The notes beneath the pieces are model-generated. The model worked only from the letters and a program-made list of their open reading frames with translations. It was not told the DNA's origin and searched no databases. This document shows positions 1 through 8,404 of a DNA stretch of 64,000 nucleotides, one piece after another. Source of the DNA: an uncultured virus (IMG/VR IMGVR_UViG_3300050188_000002). Lineage: Duplodnaviria; Heunggongvirae; Uroviricota; Caudoviricetes. The DNA lies in IMG/VR virus record IMGVR_UViG_3300050188_000002. One strand, 5' to 3'. Made by a program: the position numbers and the translations under genes. Numbering within the stretch: the stretch's first letter is position 1; each line of letters starts with the position of its first letter.

Positions 1-109
1 TACGACACCGGGTCAAACAACGACTACTACGACACCGGGTCAAACAACGACTACAACGCCGGGTCAAACAACGACTACAACGCCGGGTCAAACAACGACT
101 ACAACGCCG
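1..109 (+). repeat. Coding tandem repeat, 24-27 nt unit (ccgggtcaaacaacgact...), about 4 copies
   Basis: Direct repeats are visible in the sequence. Confidence 0.95.
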
Positions 110-199
110 TCACTGTCTCCAGTGTTTGTACCTCCATTCGACACTTCTCTTAAGAAAAACAAATCACAAATCGGAGCAGCGTTTATAATAGGAATTTGA
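1..199 (+). CDS. 3' end of an upstream gene with a Thr-rich (TPGQTTTT)n tail
   Basis: Frame 2 is open from the window start to TGA at 197-199 and reads TTPGQTTTTTTPGQTTTTTPGQ...PSLSPVFVPPF...IGI*. Confidence 0.7.
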   Translation, partial: TTPGQTTTTTTPGQTTTTTPGQTTTTTPGQTTTTTPSLSPVFVPPFDTSLKKNKSQIGAAFIIGI

Positions 200-203
200 A
201 ATT

Positions 204-1802
204 ATGCCAAATCAATTACAAGTAGGTAACACTTTAATCAATAGTATAGAATCCGATTCTTATTATATTTACATGAGCTCTTTCGATCCGTGGTTTGATA
301 GATCAATTTCCGGCTCATGGTCCGTTATAAATTCTCCATCAAGAGTTTATGATTTAAATAATCCTGATATGGAGATCAGGATTAAAAATCAAAATAAAAT
401 AAAAGATCAACTAATAGGTATAAAGAGATTACACTCCTCAAATGTCAAGCTTGTAACCAAGAGAAATGATGATGTAATTGGTGCAACAGGCCAAATAGTT
501 CCTGAAGATTCAGTATTAACGGATTTGAATAGGTTTATTGTATCAGAATCAAAAACAAAGTCTGGAGAGTTTTATGTGTATGATATAATCCAAGGCCCAA
601 CAGCATCCGGGTTGACTTTTCACACATCTCCAAACTCACTGTCAGAAGTTCTTAATGAATCCAATTTCAATTTAACATACCCATACGGCATGTCTGATAC
701 GTTGAATGAGGCTCAGATTAAACTTTTGTATAAAATCAAAGGATTTGATGCAAAGTTCGTAACAGATAGTTATATCCCGGTTATGAACTCGGGTGACTTC
801 TCATCCATTCAAGAGAGAGTTCGGTTGACTTCATCTAATGGTGAAATCATAGGTATAGATATACAAAATGGAGGCACTGGATATCAAGACGGTGCTGTTG
901 TAACTCTTTCAAATGAGACGGGAACCGGGTTTAAGGGTATCGCCAGAGTTACTGCTGGGGTAATTGTTAGAATCGAAGTAACGTCTAAGGGAGTTGGATA
1001 TAGGCCAAATACAACAAATCCACACAATAACTACGTTCCAGATTTAGTAACAGTACCTGGTGGGTCTGGATTACTTGCTGTTCCAATTTATTCAGATTAC
1101 AATGGTCTCGGGTTTAATCCAATCAGACTAATAAATCCATCTGATCTAATGTTCTACAATACATTTGCAACAAATGCGGTTGAATATGGAAGTCCTTTTA
1201 TTGATGGTATGCATGGGTTCACAATAGGTTTAATAAAGAGCCCAGTAAAGAACAACACATCATCAGTTTTATTAGATGAACTTGCTACCGGGTATACTAA
1301 ACTTTCATTAATAAATGTTGGAAGCCCATTCAACATAGTGTTGCCTCCATTGAATTATGATTTAGAAGGAACTAGAGTAGATATCAGAATAACTACTTAT
1401 CAGACAACTCCTGATTTTACTGTAAACAGAATTCATACAGGAAAACTTCTAAAATACGAACTAATCGACAACAGCGTTAATTTGTACTTCGTTGATAAAG
1501 ATACATCTGGTATAGGATGGGATTTGACGGGAATTGGTACAGGGTCCGCTACAAAATACGCCGTAGAGTTTGTTGTATATAGCGACGTATCAGACGGGGC
1601 TATTGACGTTGTTACATCGTCGTTCTTTACAACAGTGAATCTTGCAGTTCCACCGGAAGTACAAGATATCGAGGTATTCTCTGGTGAAGTGATATATGCC
1701 GCCAGAGTTCCGGTTCCAACCTCAACAATGAATATTGAGAAAGCTTGGACTATGAATGATCATATAATTAGAGAATTTAGATTGATCGCACCAATCATAT
1801 AA
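204..1802 (+). CDS. Baseplate wedge protein, T4 gp8-like
   Basis: N-terminal YYIYMSSFDPW...LIGIKRL...VTKR, repeated IDIQNGGTGY-type motifs and C-terminal SGEVIY, in a T4-like structural context. Confidence 0.55.
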   Translation: MPNQLQVGNTLINSIESDSYYIYMSSFDPWFDRSISGSWSVINSPSRVYDLNNPDMEIRIKNQNKIKDQLIGIKRLHSSNVKLVTKRNDDVIGATGQIVPEDSVLTDLNRFIVSESKTKSGEFYVYDIIQGPTASGLTFHTSPNSLSEVLNESNFNLTYPYGMSDTLNEAQIKLLYKIKGFDAKFVTDSYIPVMNSGDFSSIQERVRLTSSNGEIIGIDIQNGGTGYQDGAVVTLSNETGTGFKGIARVTAGVIVRIEVTSKGVGYRPNTTNPHNNYVPDLVTVPGGSGLLAVPIYSDYNGLGFNPIRLINPSDLMFYNTFATNAVEYGSPFIDGMHGFTIGLIKSPVKNNTSSVLLDELATGYTKLSLINVGSPFNIVLPPLNYDLEGTRVDIRITTYQTTPDFTVNRIHTGKLLKYELIDNSVNLYFVDKDTSGIGWDLTGIGTGSATKYAVEFVVYSDVSDGAIDVVTSSFFTTVNLAVPPEVQDIEVFSGEVIYAARVPVPTSTMNIEKAWTMNDHIIREFRLIAPII

Positions 1803-1806
1803 AGCA

Positions 1807-1833
1807 AAACCCCGATTAAAATTCGGGGTTTTT
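1807..1833. terminator. Bidirectional intrinsic terminator
   Basis: aaaaccccga-ttaaaat-tcggggttttt between convergent genes. Confidence 0.75.
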
Positions 1834-1893
1834 ATTACAAGATCAGATATTCTTCTTACAACACCAACTTGTATAATTACAAATCAGACAATA

Positions 1894-3094
1894 TCACCTT
1901 TCAGCAGATACGTCTATATCATACTTCCAAGTAATTCCACGACGATCATGTATTCCAAATAACTTCTGAGTAGGCTTACCACCCAACTGTAATTGTTTTA
2001 GACTGTACATATCGGCACCACAAACAGCACCGTTGATTAGGATAGAACCATTATTGGTAGTCATTTCAGAAGCATTGTGGAAGTGTCCGGCCATTGAATA
2101 ATGAGGTACAATTCCGGTAATGCCAGACATCTTCTGTTCCCATGTACGAAGACCGTTTAAAGGACTTCCTCCACCTCTTATATCGTCACCATGTGACATT
2201 AGGAAGTTGTGATTGCGAATCTNNNNNNNNNNGCCACCAGGCCTTTGGTAGATGGAATTTGACTCTTGGATTATTTGAAAATCTTGCTTCTATGAACTTA
2301 TGCGCAATATAATCAAAGTTACAGAATGGCTTATCTACTCCCTTTTTGTTTGTTCTAGAGTGGTTTCCTAGAGCACCATAAAACTCAATATTGTCAAATA
2401 CTTCCAACCAAGATAGTAAGCATTCAGTGATAGTTTCTACACCAGCCATAGCCTGATCCATGATGTTATCACTGGTATACGCGGCAGACCATTCACCAAC
2501 CTCGTTCATACCTTGACATAAGTCTCCTAGAGAGAATACGTGTAGGGTAGGAATATCATATAATTTACTGTGTAACGCATGAATATCAATAACAGATTGC
2601 TTTAGATTTGCCATACGTTCCTTGGCAATATCCATATTGTATTCTGCTAATCCACCAGTGTCAGCCAAATCAAACGATAGACCGAAGTGGGTATCTGATA
2701 ACATCAGCCCCATATCTTCAGAGTCTCTCTTAACTTGCTTTTGTTGCTTACTTACGGTACGCTTTAGTTCTGGTAGTGCCTTAGCAGCAGCAACCAATTT
2801 ATCAGCGATTAGTTCAGTCTTTAGAACACCAGTCTGACTCTGTCTTTCTCTAGCAGACTTTAATCTTTCTTCTAAATTGAATTTAGACTCAACCTTTTCT
2901 ATTTCACGCTTCGTTGAATAGAATGACTTTTCTTCCCACCTTGTGTTACGAAATTTCTTTTCGACAGAATCGATACTACGTCCTAGTTCATTCGCAATAA
3001 CACGATATGGAACATTATCCGTTTTTAATACATATAGACACTCGAGTTCACCATCATTCCAAGCCTTAACGTTAGTTTTCTGTTTAGTCTTCAT
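1894..3094 (-). CDS. Calcineurin-like metallophosphoesterase with N-terminal HTH-like region; one gene split by the N gap at 2223-2232
   Basis: Motifs SDTH, GDL, GNH, HGD and GHFH span the two ORF pieces; AGGAG SD precedes ATG 3094. Confidence 0.75.
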
Positions 3095-3113
3095 ATTTCT
3101 CCTTATAAGGAAA

Positions 3114-3353
3114 TCAAGCCACAAATACGTTTATTATGGCTTGATTATTGTAAAACCACTCATGATTTATTCGTATTCTACAGCGTTTAAAGTTTTCATG
3201 CAACTCTTTTTCACAATCTCCGTCTAACACTCCAAGTAATGTAAGTGTAGAAGAAGACCCCGTTTGAAGTTGTGATAACCTCTTAACAGGGTCTTGCGAC
3301 TTACCAATTTTTAAAAACTTTGTATTGTCGTCTTGTATCAAATACGTCTGCAT
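3114..3353 (-). CDS. Small GIY-YIG/T5orf172-like domain protein
   Basis: YLIQ...KIGKSQDPVKRLSQLQTG...E..LH..F...EWF. Confidence 0.7.
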   Translation of the reverse strand: MQTYLIQDDNTKFLKIGKSQDPVKRLSQLQTGSSSTLTLLGVLDGDCEKELHENFKRCRIRINHEWFYNNQAIINVFVA

Positions 3354-3362
3354 CTTCCGTAT

Positions 3363-3488
3363 TTATACTTGATACGACTTGTAATCTACGGTTTTCGTAT
3401 CATGATGGCAACTTTTTATTGCTACTATAAAACTAACCATAACACTAACCCCAGAACAGATACCCAAAATAGAAAATAAAGTTTCCAT
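3363..3488 (-). CDS. 41-aa small membrane protein, not in the ORF track
   Basis: AAAGGAGG SD, then METLFSILGICSGVSVMVSFIVAIKSCHHDTKTVDYKSYQV*. Confidence 0.6.
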   Translation of the reverse strand: METLFSILGICSGVSVMVSFIVAIKSCHHDTKTVDYKSYQV

Positions 3489-3503
3489 ACGGACCTCCTT
3501 TAA

Positions 3504-4118
3504 TTATTTATCGTACTTACTACGATCTAAGAACTGTTCCCAAGCAGGATTAAATTCCTTTACCAAAGCGTCATAATCAACATCAAAAGCGTGACCGTGA
3601 GGAATGCGTGGTTGCCATAGCAATTTCATACCAGACTGTTCGGGCGTTTTGTTTGCTTTTCTCTGATTACAAGAGAAACACGCACAGATTGTATTAACAA
3701 AAGATAACTTACCACCGGCTGACTTCGGATGAATGTGGTCTATATGGACCTCATCAGGAAATAGTCCAGCACCACAATATCCACAGCAATATCCATCACG
3801 CACCATCAAAGCTCGCCTACTAAACTTAGACTTACGCGTCTTTGTAGTGTCCTTGGACATACTGATAACAGTGTTTGGTAATGCAATCTTTCTATTAGGT
3901 GTCTTAATAAACTTGTAATCGGCAGGCGATAGGTTATGCCCATACGCGCACCAATCATCAAAGCCAACACGAGACATATCTGAATGGAGTACTTGGACAC
4001 GCTCAGTGTATAACTGCATTAGGGCTTCTACAGCGGTAATCATTTTGTAGGGCGTAAATGCTGCGTTAATGTATAAAACTGGTTCTTTTAATATGTTTCT
4101 CATAAATGAAAAGGCCAC
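3504..4118 (-). CDS. HNH endonuclease, McrA-like family often found beside tRNA arrays
   Basis: VLYINAAFTP N-terminus and RDGYCCGYCG...IDHIHPKSAGG...N.ICAC..CNQRKANKTP. Confidence 0.85.
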   Translation of the reverse strand: MAFSFMRNILKEPVLYINAAFTPYKMITAVEALMQLYTERVQVLHSDMSRVGFDDWCAYGHNLSPADYKFIKTPNRKIALPNTVISMSKDTTKTRKSKFSRRALMVRDGYCCGYCGAGLFPDEVHIDHIHPKSAGGKLSFVNTICACFSCNQRKANKTPEQSGMKLLWQPRIPHGHAFDVDYDALVKEFNPAWEQFLDRSKYDK

Positions 4119-4155
4119 CTTTCGATGGCCTATTATAACGGGACTAAAATAGGCG

Positions 4156-4482
4156 TCAATGTAATACTGTGTAATAAACTGCTGCGGATGCTATACCTGC
4201 CATACCTGTTGCCATTGCCATTCTAAGATCAACAGATCCTTTCTTAGTGTAAGCATCTAATACCTCTTTACCAAATCCAATTAGACCCGCAGCACCACCT
4301 GCAAATGCGGTAGCGTGATACATATTCACACCAACAAGGTTTAATCCAAAAGTAACAACTGTAGCAATTAGAATACCTGCTAAAGCGTGTAATACTAAAT
4401 GTTTGTGTACCTCAGACTTAATTGGAATAAGTTTGATAAGTGCTTCTTCAATTTTGTAATATGTTTCGATGAGTTTTTTCAT
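4156..4482 (-). CDS. Small multi-pass membrane protein
   Basis: Three hydrophobic segments, KE..D motif, SD and late-promoter motif upstream. Confidence 0.55.
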   Translation of the reverse strand: MKKLIETYYKIEEALIKLIPIKSEVHKHLVLHALAGILIATVVTFGLNLVGVNMYHATAFAGGAAGLIGFGKEVLDAYTKKGSVDLRMAMATGMAGIASAAVYYTVLH

Positions 4483-4519
4483 AGGAATCTCCTTATATAC
4501 TATTTATCCAAAAACCAAG

Positions 4520-4608
4520 CGGAAACGTAGGTGTTCGAAACCTATTGACCATTTAAGGTCTCGGTCTTAGCAGGACCGTGCGACACTCCGACTCTTCGCC
4601 GCGTTTCC
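4520..4608 (-). tRNA. tRNA-Ser(GCT)
   Basis: Cloverleaf with cggtc-CTGCTAA-gaccg and a long variable arm. Confidence 0.9.
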
Positions 4609-4613
4609 AAATA

Positions 4614-4687
4614 TGCTCGTGGTAGGACTTGAACCTACAACCTCAAGAGTGTAAAACTTGCTATCTAGCCAATTGATATACACGAGC
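4614..4687 (-). tRNA. tRNA-Val(TAC)
   Basis: gctcgtg/cacgagc acceptor, loop TTTACAC, U31-U39 mismatch. Confidence 0.8.
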
Positions 4688-4748
4688 GTTCGTGGGATTG
4701 ATTTCAGCTTGCTTAAGGCCCCTACCGTCTACCCACTCTGTACAGAAG

Positions 4749-4833
4749 TATCATCGGTGGGAGTCGAACCCACACATCCTTAATGGATATCAGATCCTAA
4801 GTCTGATGCGTCTGCCAGTTCCGCCACGATGAT
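4749..4833 (-). tRNA. tRNA-Leu(TAG)
   Basis: tcaga-CTTAGGA-tctga with a long variable arm. Confidence 0.92.
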
Positions 4834-4839
4834 ATGAAG

Positions 4840-4911
4840 CTGGGGATAATGGAGTTGAACCATTCTAGCGGGCTTCAAAGACCCGTGCCTATGCCGATCG
4901 GCCAATCCCCA
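4840..4911 (-). tRNA. tRNA-Gln(TTG)
   Basis: cgggt-CTTTGAA-gcccg with a U1-A72 pair. Confidence 0.88.
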
Positions 4912-4917
4912 AACAAG

Positions 4918-4988
4918 CGACTCTAACGGGAGTTAAACCCGTGCTTCCTAATAGACAGTCAGGAGTGCTATCGTAACACTTTAGAGCC
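4918..4988 (-). tRNA. tRNA-Asp(GTC)
   Basis: cctga-CTGTCTA-ttagg, G73. Confidence 0.82.
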
Positions 4989-4993
4989 AAATA

Positions 4994-5064
4994 TAGTTCC
5001 ACCTTGATTTGAACAAGGACCGTCTGAATCAGAATCAGAAATGCTACCGTTACACCATGGAACT
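4994..5064 (-). tRNA. tRNA-Gln(CTG)
   Basis: tctga-TTCTGAT-tcaga. Confidence 0.85.
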
Positions 5065-5069
5065 AACAA

Positions 5070-5140
5070 TTTCGGCGGACAGAATCGAACTGTCGGGGCA
5101 GAGTTTATAAGACTCTGGGGATACCAACATCCTCACCGAA
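5070..5140 (-). tRNA. Non-canonical tRNA-like gene with TAT anticodon
   Basis: 7-bp acceptor, 1-nt linker, ggat/atcc D stem, 6-bp anticodon stem cagagt-CTTATAA-actctg, normal T arm. Confidence 0.7.
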
Positions 5141-5145
5141 GTAAA

Positions 5146-5164
5146 GGGAGACCGACGGGATTCG
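5146..5164 (-). pseudogene. 3' fragment of a tRNA (T-loop half plus acceptor strand), possibly His
   Basis: CGAATCCCGTCGGTCTCCC ends abruptly at the T loop next to the endonuclease gene. Confidence 0.6.
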
Positions 5165-5187
5165 GAGAATCACAGATAAATAAGACT

Positions 5188-6162
5188 ATGTTTACTAAAG
5201 TCCAATTAAACAATCAAAGTATTGTCATAAGAAATATCAAAACAGTATATGAAACGGATAACACCATAATGACAAGTTCATTATACAAGAAAATATTTAA
5301 AGGTCAACGACATAACAAAACTGGGTTATACTGGAACGACTTACTATACTTAGCAATACCTGGTTATAAACAAAAGCGTAAAACTCCAGAGCCAGCAAAG
5401 TTAACTATTTGCTCAAACTGTAACAAAACTTTTTTTAAACAAGTTGCCAGATTGAATAAAACAAGAATGTCATTTTGTTCTAGTAATTGCGCAGCATCAT
5501 ATAATAATAAAAATAGGTCTAAAGAAGGATTTAAGGTTTCTAAATTAGAAAGATGGTTACAAAATAAGCTTATTTTGGAGTATCCTTGTTTGGATTTTCG
5601 TTTTAATAGTACTACTGATATAAACTACGAACTAGATATTTATATACCAAAATTGAATGTCGCATTTGAAATTAATGGTCCATTTCACTACATTCCGATA
5701 TATGGCACAGAAAAACTAGAACAAGTTAAGAGGAATGATGTAAACAAAATTAGGTTATGCAAGGAACGTAATATTGTGTTGTATATTGTAGATACTTCAG
5801 AACAAAGTAGATTCACAGAAAATTCCAGCGTTTCATATTGGAATTTTGTAAAACAAATGATAGACGAAGTTTATATAAGATCGGAATCCGAAGTTGTATT
5901 TGATATATCAATATATAACCATAAGAAGGAAGATAGAACATGTTGTTATTGTTCCTCACGTTTTCATTCAAGTAAAAATGATACCAAATTTTGTTCTTTT
6001 AGATGTCGCAACGAATCAAAAATGAAGGTTCAACCTAACCATTCAGATCTTTTACAATTTTCAACATCAGACGAAACTTGGACCAATGCAGCGAAACGAT
6101 GGAGGGTTTCTAGAAAAACCATCCATAAATGGCTGAAACTTAATAAAATACAGGTTGAATGA
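5188..6162 (+). mobile_element. Free-standing homing endonuclease-like gene (zinc fingers, PD-(D/E)XK/Vsr-like nuclease, HTH), antisense within the tRNA array
   Basis: CSNC..FCSSNC, ELDIYIPKLNVAFEINGPFHY and a C-terminal HTH; ATG 5188 follows GATAAATA. The ORF-track start at 5041 overlaps tRNAs. Confidence 0.8.
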
Positions 6163-6225
6163 TCGGTTACGATCCGACTCACATTCCGTCACAAGGAATT
6201 ATGCTACCATTACATCACATTCAAC
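6154..6225 (-). tRNA. tRNA-His(GTG)
   Basis: G-1 and C73, attcc-TTGTGAC-ggaat, divergent T loop ATCGTAA. Confidence 0.85.
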
Positions 6226-6239
6226 ATTCACCATCAAAG

Positions 6240-6311
6240 CCGCCTAGACAGAACTCGAATCTGTTTCCACTGCTTTTCAGACAGTTGCTCTACCATATGA
6301 GCTACTAGGCG
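6240..6311 (-). tRNA. tRNA-Phe(GAA)
   Basis: actgt-CTGAAAA-gcagt. Confidence 0.82.
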
Positions 6312-6320
6312 GTTATTAAA

Positions 6321-6392
6321 AGATCCTGAGAGGAATTTAACCTCTTTAAATCGGGGTTGCAATCCGATGCATAAACATTCTGCCACAGGACC
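6321..6392 (-). tRNA. tRNA-Cys(GCA)
   Basis: Loop TTGCAAC, U73. Confidence 0.82.
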
Positions 6393-6398
6393 AATAAG

Positions 6399-6470
6399 CA
6401 GGAGAAACAGGACTTGAACCCGTACAAAGAGTTTTGGAGGCTCTTGTGCTACCAATTACACCATTCTCCT
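6399..6470 (-). tRNA. tRNA-Trp(CCA)
   Basis: agagc-CTCCAAA-actct, G73. Confidence 0.88.
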
Positions 6471-6477
6471 AAAATCA

Positions 6478-6888
6478 TCAAAGGCTTCCTTGATGTAGTA
6501 TTTCGTTTTTGTTAGTTTTCCAATTTGTTTCTTGAGTCATTTCAAATCCATGACTGTAATACCCGTTGTGATGATTGAAAATATGAAGATACTTTTCCTT
6601 TTGTGGGCACTGTCTACGATCCACCAATTTGAATACCGCATGTCCACCTTCGCTATAACTTTCTCCTTGATAAAAGAAACTTACATCAAATTTCCATACA
6701 TCTTCATTTTCCAATATTTGATTTAAGTTTTCTCCTTCTTCTTTTATCACGAATGGAGATTCAGAAATATACCAGTCGGCGTGTTCGCAGCAACTTTGAC
6801 TAAGATCATATCCGACTATAGTATTATTTTTATCTATGAAGTTTACTTTATTTCGGAAACTTCCATTTTGTTCTGTGAATATTTTCAT
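6478..6888 (-). CDS. Hypothetical protein inside the tRNA array
   Basis: 136-aa ORF with AAGGA SD; QSCCE and HNGYYSH motifs. Confidence 0.65.
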   Translation of the reverse strand: MKIFTEQNGSFRNKVNFIDKNNTIVGYDLSQSCCEHADWYISESPFVIKEEGENLNQILENEDVWKFDVSFFYQGESYSEGGHAVFKLVDRRQCPQKEKYLHIFNHHNGYYSHGFEMTQETNWKTNKNEILHQGSL

Positions 6889-6908
6889 GTTTATTTCCTT
6901 TTTATAAG

Positions 6909-6981
6909 TGACTTCGGCGGGGATCGAACCCGCGACTTACTGATTAAAAGTCAGTTATTCTGCCAACTGAATTACGAAGTC
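6909..6981 (-). tRNA. tRNA-Lys(TTT)
   Basis: actga-CTTTTAA-tcagt. Confidence 0.93.
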
Positions 6982-6986
6982 ATAAA

Positions 6987-7059
6987 TGAAGCATACGAGA
7001 TTCGAACTCGTGATATCCAGTATGAAAAACTGGCGACTTAGCCGCTTGTCCAATGCTCC
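6987..7059 (-). tRNA. tRNA-Glu(TTC)
   Basis: ccagt-TTTTCAT-actgg. Confidence 0.88.
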
Positions 7060-7134
7060 TTTTCTACAATTTTACACTATGGATTGTAGAACTCCAACGT
7101 ACCAATCTATAACTTTCATTATAAAACTGTGCTA

Positions 7135-7207
7135 TGCAACTAGTAGGAATCGGACCTACGACCTATCACTTATCAAGCGATTGCTCTACCAACTGAGCTA
7201 TAGTTGC
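7135..7207 (-). tRNA. tRNA-Ile(GAT)
   Basis: atcgc-TTGATAA-gtgat. Confidence 0.88.
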
Positions 7208-7216
7208 GAACCCGAA

Positions 7217-7289
7217 TAATGCTGACAGGACTCGAACCTGTATAACACGATCTTCGTATGATCGGGCCCGCCAATTAGACCACAGCATC
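7217..7289 (-). tRNA. tRNA-Arg(ACG)
   Basis: cgatc-ATACGAA-gatcg. Confidence 0.8.
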
Positions 7290-7296
7290 ATAAACA

Positions 7297-7369
7297 TGGA
7301 ACCAATCGGGCTCGAACCGATCACCTATTGCTTGCAAAGCAATCGCTCTACCAGATGAGCTATGGCCCC
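7297..7369 (-). tRNA. tRNA-Ala(TGC)
   Basis: G3-U70 pair and TGC anticodon. Confidence 0.94.
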
Positions 7370-7373
7370 AAAA

Positions 7374-7468
7374 TAAAATTCATCTGACCTGACCCCAGAT
7401 AGTATCCCCACGTATAGCCGAAATAAACTGGTCATTTCGGATTTGCATTCAGCAGGATAGAAATTTTA
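7374..7468 (-). ncRNA. Candidate small structured RNA with a kissing-loop interaction
   Basis: Closing aaaattt/gaatttt; hairpins ccgaaat/atttcgg and atctgg/tcagat; loops carry complementary UGACC and GGUCA. Confidence 0.45.
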
Positions 7469-7470
7469 AA

Positions 7471-7556
7471 TCGGTCTGCTAGGATTCGAACCTAGTCGAG
7501 GCGCTAATCTGGCGCAAAGGGTATATAAATCCCTCTTGTCTCCAAGACTCAAACCG
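7471..7556 (-). tRNA. Second non-canonical tRNA-like gene with TAT anticodon and long variable arm
   Basis: cggtttg/cagaccg acceptor, 1-nt linker, gtct-tgg-agac D arm, loop TTTATAT, gcgc/gcgc variable arm, canonical T arm. Confidence 0.65.
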
Positions 7557-7778
7557 AAGGTGAAAGACTTTTACTTAAAGAGGCTTCTTATCTTTCCTCA
7601 TATGGTATAAAACTATAATTAAATGTGATATTCTATATTATTAAGTGTGTTATTTTTATCACAGAATTAACAATATAATATTCTATACCACACAAAGGAT
7701 TATTACATATGATTTTTATTGTTCTCATATATGTATTTATTTTAAATTAATGGGCTAGAGCCCAAAATAATGGACTAT

Positions 7779-8134
7779 TGGACCTGCGCGGAGTCGAACC
7801 GCGGTGTTCCAAAGCTTATCGAATCGTTTCTACACGCTTATCACTCTTGTATTTTAGTCACAATTAGAAGGTGAACACCTTGTGATATATTTCAGAATTA
7901 TTTTCTTACATTATCTGAGTATTGTAAGAGTTTTCAAATCATTTACTACGCGGCTTTATTTGATCAAGCAGCGAGACGATAGTTAGCCTTTGCCTTACGG
8001 AAAGAAGCTACACGACCGACGGAAACAGTTGAAGTTTCAGCATTTTAGGTTTACCAACTTATTTTAAGAGGAACGTTGATGACCTCTACGTGCAACTAAT
8101 CAACTTACTAGGGAGTCGAAACCAGTTCAGGCCC
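7779..8134 (-). ncRNA. ssrA: tmRNA with tag AETSTVSVGRVASFRKAKANYRLAA*
   Basis: 5' GGGCCTGA..TTCGAC and 3' GGTTCGACTCCGCGCAGGTCCA with a G3-U pair; tag frame 8041-7964 ends LAA*. Confidence 0.92.
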
Positions 8135-8156
8135 TATACCATCTTATTTGATGGAG

Positions 8157-8230
8157 CTCGCGGTCTTGGGATCGAACCAAGCAACAATTGATTAACAGTC
8201 AATGCCCTTCACCCTGCCGGGACACCGCGA
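8157..8230 (-). tRNA. tRNA-Asn(GTT)
   Basis: attga-CTGTTAA-tcaat, G73. Confidence 0.88.
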
Positions 8231-8330
8231 ATAAACGAGAGGTTTTAAAGGCACTCTCAACCTTAGGGCTAAGCTGAAATTTCTTTCGCCGCCTCCGCCA
8301 CTGTATTTTATAGTTATACAGAAACTATAG

Positions 8331-8404
8331 TAACGGGGGTAGGATTCGAACCTACGACCTCAGGGTTATGAGCCCTACGAGCTACCATACTGCTCCACCC
8401 CGCT
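8331..8404 (-). tRNA. Initiator-type tRNA-Met(CAT)
   Basis: Three consecutive G-C pairs in the anticodon stem (ggg-CTCATAA-ccc). Confidence 0.9.

Noticed and set aside
1..109. Possible CRISPR array
   Set aside because: The units are contiguous with no unique spacers and encode an in-frame Thr-rich peptide.
5041..5187. N-terminal extension of the endonuclease ORF
   Set aside because: It is antisense to tRNA genes; ATG 5188 fits the promoter pattern better.
6234..7219. ORFs 6234-6455, 6781-7041 and 6986-7219
   Set aside because: Shadow frames over tRNA genes.
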